A stretch of 64,000 bases of DNA from an uncultured Ignavibacteriales bacterium. GTDB taxonomy: Bacteria; Zixibacteria; MSB-5A5; GN15; FEB-12. The notes below the pieces were generated by a model. That model had not been told where the DNA came from. It did no database searches and saw only the letters and a list, made by a program, of their open reading frames with translations. Numbering within the stretch: position 1 is the first letter of the stretch; each line of letters starts with the position of its first letter. The position numbers and the translations under genes are program-made. The stretch covers positions 124,001 through 188,000 of the forward strand of contig CAYXJN010000003.1 of assembly GCA_964464605.1 (NCBI GenBank), given 5' to 3'. Positions 19,568 to 28,872 of this stretch are shown piece after piece.

Positions 19568-19722
19568 AACCCCTGTGGTCTTGACTTCTTTAATTGACGG
19601 TCGCCCACAGCTTGCTGTGGGGTCAATAAGAAAAGCAGTTGTTCACACCCTAAAGGGTGTGCCACCCGAGATCCTTTAAACATACACTTCACATAGAAAC
19701 CCACTTTAAAAGGCGGGGCACC
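19561..19722. repeat. Cluster of four REP/IS200-IS605-end-like palindromes
   Basis: AGGTCAA..TTGACTT; ATTGAC..CCCACAGC-TT-GCTGTGGG-GTCAAT; CACACCCT-AA-AGGGTGTG; CCCACTTT-AA-AAGGCGGG. Confidence 0.55.
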
Positions 19723-19731
19723 AATCGTAAG

Positions 19732-20310
19732 TCACTTTTTCCATCGCGTCGGGCCAATTCGCTGTCCGGCGGCTGAGTCGGCAATAAGTTGGTCAAGGCG
19801 ACGTAACTGCGTTGCTTCCTGTTTTGCGCTCATTACCCAATGAGTAGTTACTTTTCGGTACCAGGGTGGCTGTTCCTGAAAATATGCCCATGCCTTCTTG
19901 TTCGCTTTTAATTTCTTTTCGTATGCCGGTAAGAGCTCGGTCGGCGCTTTCTGCTCATACGAAGCAGTTCGTTCTTTTGCCGGATTACGTTTTTCGTGCG
20001 CCGCTAATCCGGCTGAATCCATTAATCCTGCTTTTTTGAGTTCCGCAACTTTCTTGAGATTGATTCCACTCCAGGTACTACCGGATTTTCGCGGTGTGAA
20101 CCGGATAGTATAGCTGATGTTATCGATTGATTTCCGCACCCCGTCTATCCAGCCAAAACAGATCGCTTGATCAACCGACTCCGACCAGGTCATACTCGGT
20201 TTGCCGGAACCGGCCTTATAGAACCCGACAAGCAACTCTTGCTTTTTATTATGGTTCTTTTCCAGCCATTTCCGAAAGTCGGTGCGGGATTTAAAGAAGA
20301 GGGGGAGCAT
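19732..20310 (-). CDS. YdeI/OmpD-associated (OmdA) family protein
   Basis: FRKWLEKNH, AICFGWIDG, RFTPRK..STWS, WVMSAKQEATQLRRL; probable start 20310. Confidence 0.88.
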   Translation of the reverse strand: MLPLFFKSRTDFRKWLEKNHNKKQELLVGFYKAGSGKPSMTWSESVDQAICFGWIDGVRKSIDNISYTIRFTPRKSGSTWSGINLKKVAELKKAGLMDSAGLAAHEKRNPAKERTASYEQKAPTELLPAYEKKLKANKKAWAYFQEQPPWYRKVTTHWVMSAKQEATQLRRLDQLIADSAAGQRIGPTRWKK

Positions 20311-20371
20311 CGGTAATTGAATCCACCAAGTACTTGTCCATTTTTTACTTCCAACAAATAGTTTTAAATAA

Positions 20372-20713
20372 CTATTGCTGGAAATATTTTTTGGCCTCTT
20401 CAAACGAATTAGAGAATTTAAATACGGATATTAATTTTGTTATAGTAAACAATGATTCGATTTTATCAGTGATGCCAATCATTACTAAATCTCCTCCTCC
20501 ATTTCTGATGCTCGTATAAGCAGAAATCAGTACAGCTGTACCGGTTGAATTCATCCAATCTATGCCTGCAATATCAATGATAAAATTCTTATGTCCTTTT
20601 TCAATAGAAGCTCGAATATCTTCGAGAAATTCGCTAGTTTCCATACCACCCATAATTTTTTCGCTTAAACGAAAAACTACGATGCCATCAGTTATTTCTG
20701 TGCTGTACTTCAT
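20372..20713 (-). CDS. STAS-domain anti-sigma factor antagonist
   Basis: IDIAGIDWMNSTG, LFTITKL; AT-rich. Confidence 0.9.
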   Translation of the reverse strand: MKYSTEITDGIVVFRLSEKIMGGMETSEFLEDIRASIEKGHKNFIIDIAGIDWMNSTGTAVLISAYTSIRNGGGDLVMIGITDKIESLFTITKLISVFKFSNSFEEAKKYFQQ

Positions 20714-20931
20714 TTTTCTAATTGATTTTTTTCAGAATGTGATTGCTTTTGGGCAATAAGGAAGTCAATCATTTTTGCATTTACTTCTTCTTGAGCTCTT
20801 TCTTTCGCTCGTAGATTTTTGAGCAAATAAAAAATAATTAACACTTGAACAAATATGACGAAAATAAGCAACGCAGCTATGACACCAAGTTTAACTGCCG
20901 CATTAACAACATCATTGTATTCTGGGATCAA
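20710..20931 (-). CDS. Small single-TM hypothetical protein
   Basis: One hydrophobic helix, GAGG SD, ATGA overlap with the STAS gene. Confidence 0.6.
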   Translation of the reverse strand: MIPEYNDVVNAAVKLGVIAALLIFVIFVQVLIIFYLLKNLRAKERAQEEVNAKMIDFLIAQKQSHSEKNQLEK

Positions 20932-20969
20932 TACACCTCTCCCCTAAAAGCCTAAAAGATTATCATTTA

Positions 20970-20998
20970 ACTATAATTAACAAGATGACGAATGTCAA
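20970..20998 (-). promoter_or_regulatory. Near-consensus sigma70 promoter
   Basis: Minus strand TTGACA-17 bp-TATAGT upstream of the 73-aa gene and STAS gene. Confidence 0.7.
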
Positions 20999-21013
20999 GA
21001 GTTAGATCGTTCA

Positions 21014-21520
21014 CTACCAACCCATCCTTACACCTATGCTTGTCGCGTCGCCGCCACCTTCGACGGGATTACCCGCTTTATCGAATGCTTCATAACGAAT
21101 CGTAGAAGTGTAAGATTTGCCATCTGTGCTCATCGTAATCGTTTCAGTGAGAACCCCATGCCCTGCCGGAAGCCAACCGCTGCCTGTCGGTAAACCGTCA
21201 GTCGGAGTTGGCAGCCGATTAGCGTAGAATTCATAGCGCAACTCGTAGATATTTGCATCGGTCTGTTTCCATACACCATAGGCAGGCGGAACGGGAGGAA
21301 GCGCGTCATAGTTAGATGATTCCGTCATCGTGCCGCCGGCATTAAACGCATACATAAACTCAAGGTCGTTGACTAATGCAAACGCACCGCTGGTGAATTG
21401 TATCTTTGATTTCCATGCCCCGACTAACGCCGGGTTGGTAGCGGCTGTATCAGCTTTCTGCGCTGTTTGCGCACAACCGATGAGTATTGCAAGAGTCAGA
21501 ATGAGTAGTATCTGTTTCAT
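21014..21520 (-). CDS. Hypothetical lipoprotein (predicted beta-rich)
   Basis: ILIGC lipobox; LVGAW and GVW motifs typical of lipocalin-like barrels. Confidence 0.7.
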   Translation of the reverse strand: MKQILLILTLAILIGCAQTAQKADTAATNPALVGAWKSKIQFTSGAFALVNDLEFMYAFNAGGTMTESSNYDALPPVPPAYGVWKQTDANIYELRYEFYANRLPTPTDGLPTGSGWLPAGHGVLTETITMSTDGKSYTSTIRYEAFDKAGNPVEGGGDATSIGVRMGW

Positions 21521-21562
21521 TAAAGTTCCTTATTTAGTGTTCTGAAGAAGATGGGTGGCACC

Positions 21563-22684
21563 TTACTTAGACTCTTTGGCTTTCTCACTTGCTTGCTTAA
21601 CTTCGTAGACCCAGGCAATTTCATTTCTTGATGGTTCATCAATATTTAAAAATACCTTTACGAGCTCTAAACCCACAGCACCCGCAATAACAGATGCGCC
21701 AGTCAATGCACCAAGTCTCAAATCGCTCAATGACATGACTTTTCCACCGGCTGCAAACCCAGTCACCCATGTTCTAGGGTCAAAAGTTGCAGAAATGGTA
21801 CCAAGTGTCCTCTTGATACCATGCTTTCTTAATACGTCTTCATAGTCATACAATTTTTCAGAAATATCATCGCGGATAAAAGCAAAACTCTTACCTACCA
21901 TTTCTTTATCCATCCAATGAATAAAGCGTTTATACTTTCGCTTAGATTCTTCATCTTCTCGAAATTGACGAACTTGATCCCAACTGAGAGCCTCTTCGTC
22001 AACTATGTCGAGATTTGATAGAATAGATACCACAACTTCCGTTTTACCTTCCGAAAAGTCCATGTTCTGATTGTAACGTGATGAATATACTGGTATAGCA
22101 ATCAAGTTATGTTCATACTTCATCGCTTCGGCAAGCGACTTTGCATAGCGAGATTTCGTTAACTCCATGACTCCCTCCAATGTAGTACCCGATTGAATTG
22201 CTTTGTCAAAATCGGAATCAAGGAAAGAGTCAAGAATGGCCTTCATTGCGTCTGAGAGATCACGCAGGGGGCCGCCCTTTTCTAAAGCAACCCTTTGAAT
22301 ACCTACATCTTCAATCATTTTCGCCATGAAGCCCGATAGTAGATCTTTTACGGCAAAATCAATTTCATATGTCGTCATACAGCAAAACCGGATGTCAGCA
22401 GGCACTAGCTCAGCATAAAATGAGTGTATCCTATCGTAACATAGTGCAGCAGTCTTTTTACAACCCATAGCAATAGCAGCCGTCTCTCGGTTACTTAAAC
22501 CAGCAAAGCTATCCTCCCACGACTTAGCGAATGCACTACTGATCGTCGGGATGTCAAATACATTGTCCCTGATAGATGGAGGAATTGCTTCATTGATACT
22601 ATTCGCTATTATTGTCTCTATTTTATTCATAGACATAAATTCCCCCATATCATTAGTACTACCATATGCTGGTATTGCGAACAA
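21563..22684 (-). CDS. Hypothetical protein (AT-rich islet); true start probably 22648-22630
   Basis: Long ORF with atypical composition and a C-terminal hydrophobic segment. Confidence 0.7.
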   Translation of the reverse strand: MFAIPAYGSTNDMGEFMSMNKIETIIANSINEAIPPSIRDNVFDIPTISSAFAKSWEDSFAGLSNRETAAIAMGCKKTAALCYDRIHSFYAELVPADIRFCCMTTYEIDFAVKDLLSGFMAKMIEDVGIQRVALEKGGPLRDLSDAMKAILDSFLDSDFDKAIQSGTTLEGVMELTKSRYAKSLAEAMKYEHNLIAIPVYSSRYNQNMDFSEGKTEVVVSILSNLDIVDEEALSWDQVRQFREDEESKRKYKRFIHWMDKEMVGKSFAFIRDDISEKLYDYEDVLRKHGIKRTLGTISATFDPRTWVTGFAAGGKVMSLSDLRLGALTGASVIAGAVGLELVKVFLNIDEPSRNEIAWVYEVKQASEKAKESK

Positions 22685-22740
22685 GCATTAAGTTAAGTAA
22701 GGTAAATTCGTATCAAAAACAGACACATTACTTTTCCTTC

Positions 22741-22866
22741 TCACACCTGATAAATCTGAATCAAATTCCCGCAGGTGTCTTCGAACATGGCCAGTGTGAC
22801 CGGTCCCATCGTTGCTGGAAGTTTGTGGAATTTCACGCCGATAATGCTGGATAATAGAATTTTCAT
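22741..22866 (-). pseudogene. VOC/glyoxalase family gene remnant with large in-frame internal deletion
   Basis: Translates to MKILLSSIIGVKFHKLPATMGPVTLAMFEDTCGNLIQIYQV with a GGAGG SD; FEDTCGNLIQI is a VOC C-terminal motif. Confidence 0.7.
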
Positions 22867-22878
22867 ATCGCCTCCACC

Positions 22879-23331
22879 TTATCGATCATATTTTTGATAG
22901 CACACATATCGTGAAACACCTCTCTTTTGATAATCTGGAAAGTCTTCTGGTCGAATCAAAATCCATACGTCTTCAAAACGCTGGACTATAAAAGCGCGAA
23001 GGTAGCCAGTCATCGCTCCATCCTCATTGGCAGGAGTCAAAATCAATAACGTATCTGAGATATTCCATAACCCCGAAGCATCTCCATATTTACCTAAACA
23101 ACCATGCCAATCAGCAGAATAAGTGCTATCGACATTCAAAGTAAGGACAACGTTCATTCCCAAACCATCAACCGAATAGTATTTACCAACCAAGGAATCT
23201 GAGTTTGCTGGCGCTACTGTTACCCCAAACTTGGGAGAGGAATTTGGCAGCGGTTCCGTTATTCTCAATTTTGTAGAGCTCCCACACCCGGTAATGACGT
23301 ATGTAAAAATGATTAGGCAAATACCCCGCAC
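22879..23331 (-). CDS. Hypothetical lipoprotein starting just after tRNA-Ser
   Basis: GTG 23331, VITGC lipobox; the ORF-track N-terminus is a translation of the tRNA. Confidence 0.6.
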   Translation of the reverse strand: MRGICLIIFTYVITGCGSSTKLRITEPLPNSSPKFGVTVAPANSDSLVGKYYSVDGLGMNVVLTLNVDSTYSADWHGCLGKYGDASGLWNISDTLLILTPANEDGAMTGYLRAFIVQRFEDVWILIRPEDFPDYQKRGVSRYVCYQKYDR

Positions 23332-23338
23332 AATAATG

Positions 23339-23423
23339 CGGAGAGGTAGGGATTCGAACCCTAGATACCTTGCGGTATAACGGTTTTCGAGACCGCCGCT
23401 TTCGACCACTCAGCCACCTCTCC
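23339..23423 (-). tRNA. tRNA-Ser(CGA)
   Basis: GGAGAGGTGGCTGAGTGGTCGAAAGC..CTCGAAA anticodon loop, long variable arm, GTTCGAATCC T-loop, CCTCTCCG; CCA not encoded. Confidence 0.96.
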
Positions 23424-23552
23424 TTAATTTGATGCCCCGCAGTTCGGGACGGGGGACAATGTATGGTATTTTGATTCGTCCGTAAAGTAGGAGACATCGT
23501 TGAAAATCGCTTGCCTATTTTGCCCTAAATCATTTGTTAGCCAGGAAACCCA

Positions 23553-24806
23553 ATGCCAGTGCCGCACGGAACATTCACCTTTTTTGATTCACCACGCCTG
23601 ACACGGCTGGTCACGATTGCCCTTATTCTTTTTGCCGGCTGTTCGCTGATCTTGTTTTTCTATCAAAGCATAACCGTCGTCAACAAACTCGCCCTGATTG
23701 ATTTGACCGGATATATCAAAGCTTCAAAGCGATTTTTCAGCGATATCAACCCGTACCTTGAAGGAAAGCGCCGCTTTATTTATCCCCTCTTTTTGCTCAT
23801 CATTGTGTATCCGCTCCAAAGTTTGGTAACTACCCCTCTGGGAAAATCGATAGCCGCTGCAATTTGGTCATGTGGCGCTTTTACAACTTTTTTTCTTACG
23901 GTCGCAGCGAGTTGGAAATACCTGTACGGACAAACGCAGATTGCAAGTTTACGATATCGAATAGTCCAGACGGCGATACTCGTAGTAATGCTTCATCCGT
24001 TCTTACAGGATGAATTCTTAAACGGTCAGACCAACCTGTTCGTAATCGGGGCACTTTGTGCCTTCTATTTGTTTTCCGAGAATCAAAAAGAACTATGGGC
24101 GGGATTCTTTTTGGCGATTGCCGCCGCACTCAAAATCGCTCCGGCCTTTTGTTTAGCATATGTGCTGTTTACCAAGCAATGGAGAACGATCGGTTATTTT
24201 GTTTTCTTTTTCTTACTCTTCACGCTCGGTATTCCATTGTTGATTAACGCGAAAACTGTTTCACTCTATCAATATTATATCAACGACGTGATGCCGTCGT
24301 TAACTGCGCTTGAAACATTGGAGGGGTTCCGTTCTTTTTCGCTCCCCTCAACCGCAGGACATCTGTTTGGGTTTGCATGGTCATCGACAACCAAAGTTAT
24401 CGCGAGCGCCTGTACCGCATTACTGCTCTGGCTGCCGATATGGCTACGGGCAAAAGACAGATTCACTCAGGCAAGTGCATCGTACAAATTTACCTGCTTC
24501 AGCGCCATTATCGCCACGTTACCGCTTGCCTTTCCGATGTCGGAAGCGCATCACCTGCTGCTTTTGACCATGCCGTTTATGGCGGTTATTGCCTATTGGG
24601 AGTATCTGATCAGCATGGGCAAATCACCATTGAACGATAAACTCACCCTGTTACTATTGCTGTCAATCTTCGGATTGCATGTCGGCCACGGTTTAAAAGA
24701 GATACCGTTGCGGTGCATCAGCCTTATCGGCGTGTATGTCTGTATGCTGGAACTGCTAAAGCAAAAGCGAACTACTGACGCAGAAACTCCCCACGCTCGA
24801 CCATAG
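23553..24806 (+). CDS. GT87/DUF2029 family GT-C membrane glycosyltransferase
   Basis: DLTGY, FIYPLF, NGQTN, ALKIAP, EAHH motifs; multi-TM. Confidence 0.82.
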   Translation: MPVPHGTFTFFDSPRLTRLVTIALILFAGCSLILFFYQSITVVNKLALIDLTGYIKASKRFFSDINPYLEGKRRFIYPLFLLIIVYPLQSLVTTPLGKSIAAAIWSCGAFTTFFLTVAASWKYLYGQTQIASLRYRIVQTAILVVMLHPFLQDEFLNGQTNLFVIGALCAFYLFSENQKELWAGFFLAIAAALKIAPAFCLAYVLFTKQWRTIGYFVFFFLLFTLGIPLLINAKTVSLYQYYINDVMPSLTALETLEGFRSFSLPSTAGHLFGFAWSSTTKVIASACTALLLWLPIWLRAKDRFTQASASYKFTCFSAIIATLPLAFPMSEAHHLLLLTMPFMAVIAYWEYLISMGKSPLNDKLTLLLLLSIFGLHVGHGLKEIPLRCISLIGVYVCMLELLKQKRTTDAETPHARP

Positions 24807-25284
24807 CAAGCTGTCGCTCCAATATCTTTTTCAAACCGCCGTAACGCGGTCGCACGACCTGAAAAACTAAGAATGAAAAAAAGACTAAAAAGACAACATG
24901 GTTGAACCGGGCAGTGAGATAAAAATACAGAAAGCCATATACACAGATACCGGCGATAATCAAAAAGATCGGACGCGATTTCCGGTTCAAATACTCGGTG
25001 ACATCATCCTCAAATGTCGCAACCCGGCGCACCATCGGTTGTGCATGCAATTTATACTTCCACCAGAACCCATAGGCAGCGTGTCCGAAAGCAAGCGCGC
25101 AGAAAATATAAAAGAGTATATCCGCAAAGTCGCCGATTTGATTCGACAAATACCCTTCCTGGTTTTGATAATAACAAATCATCAACCCGGCCATCGGAAC
25201 GATAACATTTATGACCAGCGCAAAGTAAAGCGGTTTGGCGATAATCCGGTTTAAATCTATCTCATCAATATCGATGTCACTCAT
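24772..25284 (-). CDS. Hypothetical 4-TM membrane protein
   Basis: Four hydrophobic segments; overlaps the upstream gene stop. Confidence 0.7.
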   Translation of the reverse strand: MSDIDIDEIDLNRIIAKPLYFALVINVIVPMAGLMICYYQNQEGYLSNQIGDFADILFYIFCALAFGHAAYGFWWKYKLHAQPMVRRVATFEDDVTEYLNRKSRPIFLIIAGICVYGFLYFYLTARFNHVVFLVFFSFLVFQVVRPRYGGLKKILERQLAMVERGEFLRQ

Positions 25285-25736
25285 GGCGTCTGTACCTTTT
25301 CAATAAAGCTTTGCAGGGTCGATTCACGCGGGAAATAAATAATGGTCGCGAGTATCCCGATCGGATAAAAATAGAGCATCCAATCGAGATTATGCGTCGT
25401 GAAATAGACAATCATCCCGAAAATATAAATCGCTTCAACCAACGCCGCTCGGATAATCATTAATGACATAAACGCGCTTACCGGTTCGATAGCTTTGTTT
25501 TGCTTAAACTGTTTTGTCTGCGCCTTTTCAATAAGCGGAATCAAAAACACCGGCTCTATCAAGGCGACAAGGATTAACATCTGAAAGGTCATTTGATTAG
25601 CGGTTGGGTCCATCGGCGGCAGATTCAACACCTGCGTGATTCCCAAATAGACAAGCGGAAACCCGATAGTCAGCACTGCATAAATAACTTGCGACGTTTT
25701 GAATTTCTTTTTCTGGGGTTCATCGAGCTGAATCAA
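25281..25736 (-). CDS. Hypothetical 4-TM membrane protein
   Basis: Four hydrophobic segments; overlaps the tadA stop. Confidence 0.7.
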   Translation of the reverse strand: MIQLDEPQKKKFKTSQVIYAVLTIGFPLVYLGITQVLNLPPMDPTANQMTFQMLILVALIEPVFLIPLIEKAQTKQFKQNKAIEPVSAFMSLMIIRAALVEAIYIFGMIVYFTTHNLDWMLYFYPIGILATIIYFPRESTLQSFIEKVQTP

Positions 25737-26230
25737 TTAATTCCCCCTTTCTCGGCGCGCGCTTTGCGGAAAAATGACTGCATCAACTCAATCGCCTGTT
25801 CAGCCAATATGCCGCGATAGACTTGTATCCGGTGATTCAGTTTCTTCTCGTTGGGAACATCAAATATCGATCCGCATGCTCCGAATTTGGGGTCAGGCGC
25901 ACCGTAGACAATCGTTCCGACTCGCGCCAGCGATGCCGCACCTGCGCACATCGTACACGGCTCAATCGTTGAAAAGAGCCAGCTGTCTTCCAAGCGCCAG
26001 TCTCCGAAATAATTGAACGCGGCGGATAAGGCCATCATCTCGGCGTGGGCGGTTGCATCATGCAGCGCCTCCGTGCGATTGTATCCGCGCCCGATGACGC
26101 GGTTGTTGTGCACGACAATTGCGCCGATCGGGACTTCGTTTTGCTCAAAGGCCTCTTCGGCTTCGCGTAATGCAAGCGCCATAAAATGCTGCATCTGTTC
26201 CGGATCCATGCGATGAATATACCGCCACAC
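25733..26230 (-). CDS. tadA: tRNA adenosine(34) deaminase
   Basis: EVPIGA, HAE, EPCTMC, DPKFGACGS, LNH; start may be ATG 26209. Confidence 0.92.
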   Translation of the reverse strand: MWRYIHRMDPEQMQHFMALALREAEEAFEQNEVPIGAIVVHNNRVIGRGYNRTEALHDATAHAEMMALSAAFNYFGDWRLEDSWLFSTIEPCTMCAGAASLARVGTIVYGAPDPKFGACGSIFDVPNEKKLNHRIQVYRGILAEQAIELMQSFFRKARAEKGGIN

Positions 26231-26259
26231 AAACCGCCCCGCAATGTTGAGATACCGGA

Positions 26260-27399
26260 TTACAAAAGAATACGGCGAGTGATTTCATCCGCCAGATAAA
26301 TCCCCTCTTCAGATAAACGGACAATATCCCCTTCAACCAAAATATGACCGGACTCGACGAAGATATCATACTGCTGCCGATTAATACGCGTATCGAATGG
26401 TATCCCGAACCGTTTGGTAAACTGATTTTGGTTAAGGCCGCGCGCTGTGCGGAACGCGAGCATGATCGCTTCATTCATTCGCTCAATCGGTCCCGATTCA
26501 TCAATGATTCGCGGCAACTGCCCGTTTTTCAGCTGCTGAACATAGTCAACCAAACTGGAGACATTCGCAAATCGTTCATTGTTCATAAAGGAATGCCCCG
26601 AGGGTCCAAGCGCCAAATATTCATTCCCTTCCCAATACCCTAAATTATGCTGGCATTCAAAACCGGACTTGGCGAATGAAGAAACTTCGTACCGTTTATA
26701 TCCGGCTTCTTCCATCCGCTCACAACCGCCGCGATAGATAGCGAGCATCAAATCGGAGTTTGGTACTTTTACCGTTCCCGCTTCCACCGCTTTTGCAAGG
26801 GGAGTATTCGGCTCGATAGTAAGTTGATAGTAGGAAATATGCGGCGGATTAAGCGCGATCAGTTCATCCAAATCCTTAGATGCCGCTTTGGTTGTCTGTT
26901 TCGGCAAACCGAACAATAAATCGGTCGCGTAATGGGTGAAACCGAGAGTATTGACTAAATAAACTGCCTTATAAATCTGCTCAACCGAATGCCCGCGCCT
27001 GAGTTTTCGCAGTGTTTCCTCATTGAATGTTTCAACGCCAACCGTCGGTCGGGTGACGCCTATCTGTTTTAGGGCGGTAAGTAATTCGACTGTTACCGAA
27101 TCAGGGGAAGTTTCCAGTGAAAACTCAATCCCCTCCGGAACGGTGAAGTGCTTTTTCAAAACGGCAAACCATTCGGCGAAAAGCTCGATATTGGTCAGCG
27201 AGGGGGTACCTCCTCCAACAAAAATCGTGGAGATAGTTCTGTCCCGATTAGCGTAGAGTTCAGCCGCTAACTCAGTTTCACGGTGGAGAGCTTTGTAATA
27301 AGCTTGTTCAAGCGGATGCTGGTGCATCTCCTTATAGAAATCACAGTAGGAGCACTTATAGGCGCAGAATGGATAATGGAGATAGAGGCCGAACGGCAT
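26260..27399 (-). CDS. hemW: Radical SAM heme chaperone
   Basis: LYLHYPFCAYKCSYCDF, GGGTPS, YEVSSF, HNLGYW; start overlaps the lepB stop. Confidence 0.9.
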   Translation of the reverse strand: MPFGLYLHYPFCAYKCSYCDFYKEMHQHPLEQAYYKALHRETELAAELYANRDRTISTIFVGGGTPSLTNIELFAEWFAVLKKHFTVPEGIEFSLETSPDSVTVELLTALKQIGVTRPTVGVETFNEETLRKLRRGHSVEQIYKAVYLVNTLGFTHYATDLLFGLPKQTTKAASKDLDELIALNPPHISYYQLTIEPNTPLAKAVEAGTVKVPNSDLMLAIYRGGCERMEEAGYKRYEVSSFAKSGFECQHNLGYWEGNEYLALGPSGHSFMNNERFANVSSLVDYVQQLKNGQLPRIIDESGPIERMNEAIMLAFRTARGLNQNQFTKRFGIPFDTRINRQQYDIFVESGHILVEGDIVRLSEEGIYLADEITRRILL

Positions 27400-28124
27400 T
27401 AGAGAGACATGCCAACCCGATCCCAGCGAGTGTGCGACGGAAAGTTCCAGAGAACATATCCCGACCACTGGACCAGATTGACAATGTATGGAAACTCCCA
27501 GGCAGGTTCATCCTTATTCGGTTCCCAAGACCAATACACAAATACCGCTTTTCCTCTGATATTTTCACGCGGGACAGCACCCCAGAAGCGGCTGTCGCGG
27601 GAATCATCCCGATTATCCCCCATTACAAAGTAACTGTTCTCCGGCACGAGATACGGACCGAAGTTGTCACGAAATGAGAGATCGGCGGGGAGGATTTTGG
27701 CATCGATGTTTTTGGAGCCACTGGGAATCTGCACAAGTTCACCGTCTACATATACCGCTTTGTCTGCTATCTGAACGGTCTGGCCGGGAAGAGCGACAAT
27801 GCGCTTGATAAAATCCTTCTCCGGATTGTTCGGATACATGAACACGATAATGTCCCCGCTTTGCGGCGGAGTGCCGTACTCGTACGCCAGCTTGTTCACG
27901 AACAGATAATCCCCTTCAGTGAGGGTATCTTCCATTGAGGCCGAGCTGACCCGGTAGGCGGAAACGACGAAAATGCGCAGGAGAATAGCGGCAGACAAAG
28001 CCAAAATCGCGGTTTCAAAGTACTCCCGCCAAACCGGACGTTGCGGTTTGTAACGAAGCACGTTTGATGCGTGACGATGGGCTTCCGCCTGCTGATGATC
28101 CCTGAGTAGAAAATCCTGAGCCAT
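27399..28124 (-). CDS. lepB: Signal peptidase I
   Basis: SASMEDTL (Ser), FIKRIV (Lys), GDNRDDSRDSRFWG. Confidence 0.93.
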   Translation of the reverse strand: MAQDFLLRDHQQAEAHRHASNVLRYKPQRPVWREYFETAILALSAAILLRIFVVSAYRVSSASMEDTLTEGDYLFVNKLAYEYGTPPQSGDIIVFMYPNNPEKDFIKRIVALPGQTVQIADKAVYVDGELVQIPSGSKNIDAKILPADLSFRDNFGPYLVPENSYFVMGDNRDDSRDSRFWGAVPRENIRGKAVFVYWSWEPNKDEPAWEFPYIVNLVQWSGYVLWNFPSHTRWDRVGMSL

Positions 28125-28267
28125 ACTTGTTTGAAGTTATCGGTTTCTCCCCATACTTTCTTTAGGGGGGTTAGCTGAGGAAATATAACATAGGAAACCG
28201 GAGATAGATAGTCAGGATAAGCACGTGATAGCTTCATCAACCGGATTGGAATGAGAATATGGAGAAA

Positions 28268-28301
28268 TAAAAAACCGGCCTTTCGTTTAGAAAAGCCGGT
28301 T
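28268..28301 (-). terminator. Intrinsic terminator after the paralog pair
   Basis: AACCGGC..GCCGGTT stem with an A-run on the left. Confidence 0.6.
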
Positions 28302-28346
28302 AGCTTTGCAGTTACTGAGATAAGTTTCGAAAGATTACAATCTTTC

Positions 28347-28832
28347 TTATCTCACCTTTAGCGCTTCGTTGTCTCGTTTGGCATGTTCATGCGACATGGC
28401 AACAACCTGAGGATCGCTTGAAGTCAAAACAGTAAGCCGCACTCCACCAATACCGATAAAGCTTTGCATGGAGGTCCCGTAAGTTTTCGCCATTGTCATC
28501 AATGACGCACAATGCGGACATTCCGGCGTTTCAATACCAGCTATAGACATACTCGGATCGCTGAATACAGCTAATTGAACTCGGTCATAAGCAGCTTCAT
28601 AGCCCTTATCGACTACAAATACTTCAATCAAACCGCTTTCGTATGGTTGTGAGTACCAATTCATATGATCAACGAGTCCTTTTTCTGCCGCCACTGCCTT
28701 ATAAAATGCACAGTGTTGCATGTCGAACCAGCCTGAACCAGCTGCCCCGGTTGCCGTGATATCGTCACTCACAAACATGATCGTGCCGATAACGATAACC
28801 CCTGCAGTCAAAATTGCGACAATGCGTTTCAT
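28347..28832 (-). CDS. Secreted hypothetical protein, paralog of 28873-29379
   Basis: Signal peptide, WFDMQHCAFY, CPHC, TSSDP; AAAGGA SD. Confidence 0.78.
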   Translation of the reverse strand: MKRIVAILTAGVIVIGTIMFVSDDITATGAAGSGWFDMQHCAFYKAVAAEKGLVDHMNWYSQPYESGLIEVFVVDKGYEAAYDRVQLAVFSDPSMSIAGIETPECPHCASLMTMAKTYGTSMQSFIGIGGVRLTVLTSSDPQVVAMSHEHAKRDNEALKVR

Positions 28833-28872
28833 AATCTCATCCTTTCAGGTTGTTGCACGAAAGAGTAGGTTG

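Noticed and set aside
19560..23340. Prophage, integrative element or integron array at tRNA-Ser
   Set aside because: No integrase, no att duplication and no repeated attC-like sites found by eye
23332..23497. ORF-track N-terminus MVESGGLENRY... and ORF 23183-23497
   Set aside because: These are translations of the tRNA-Ser gene
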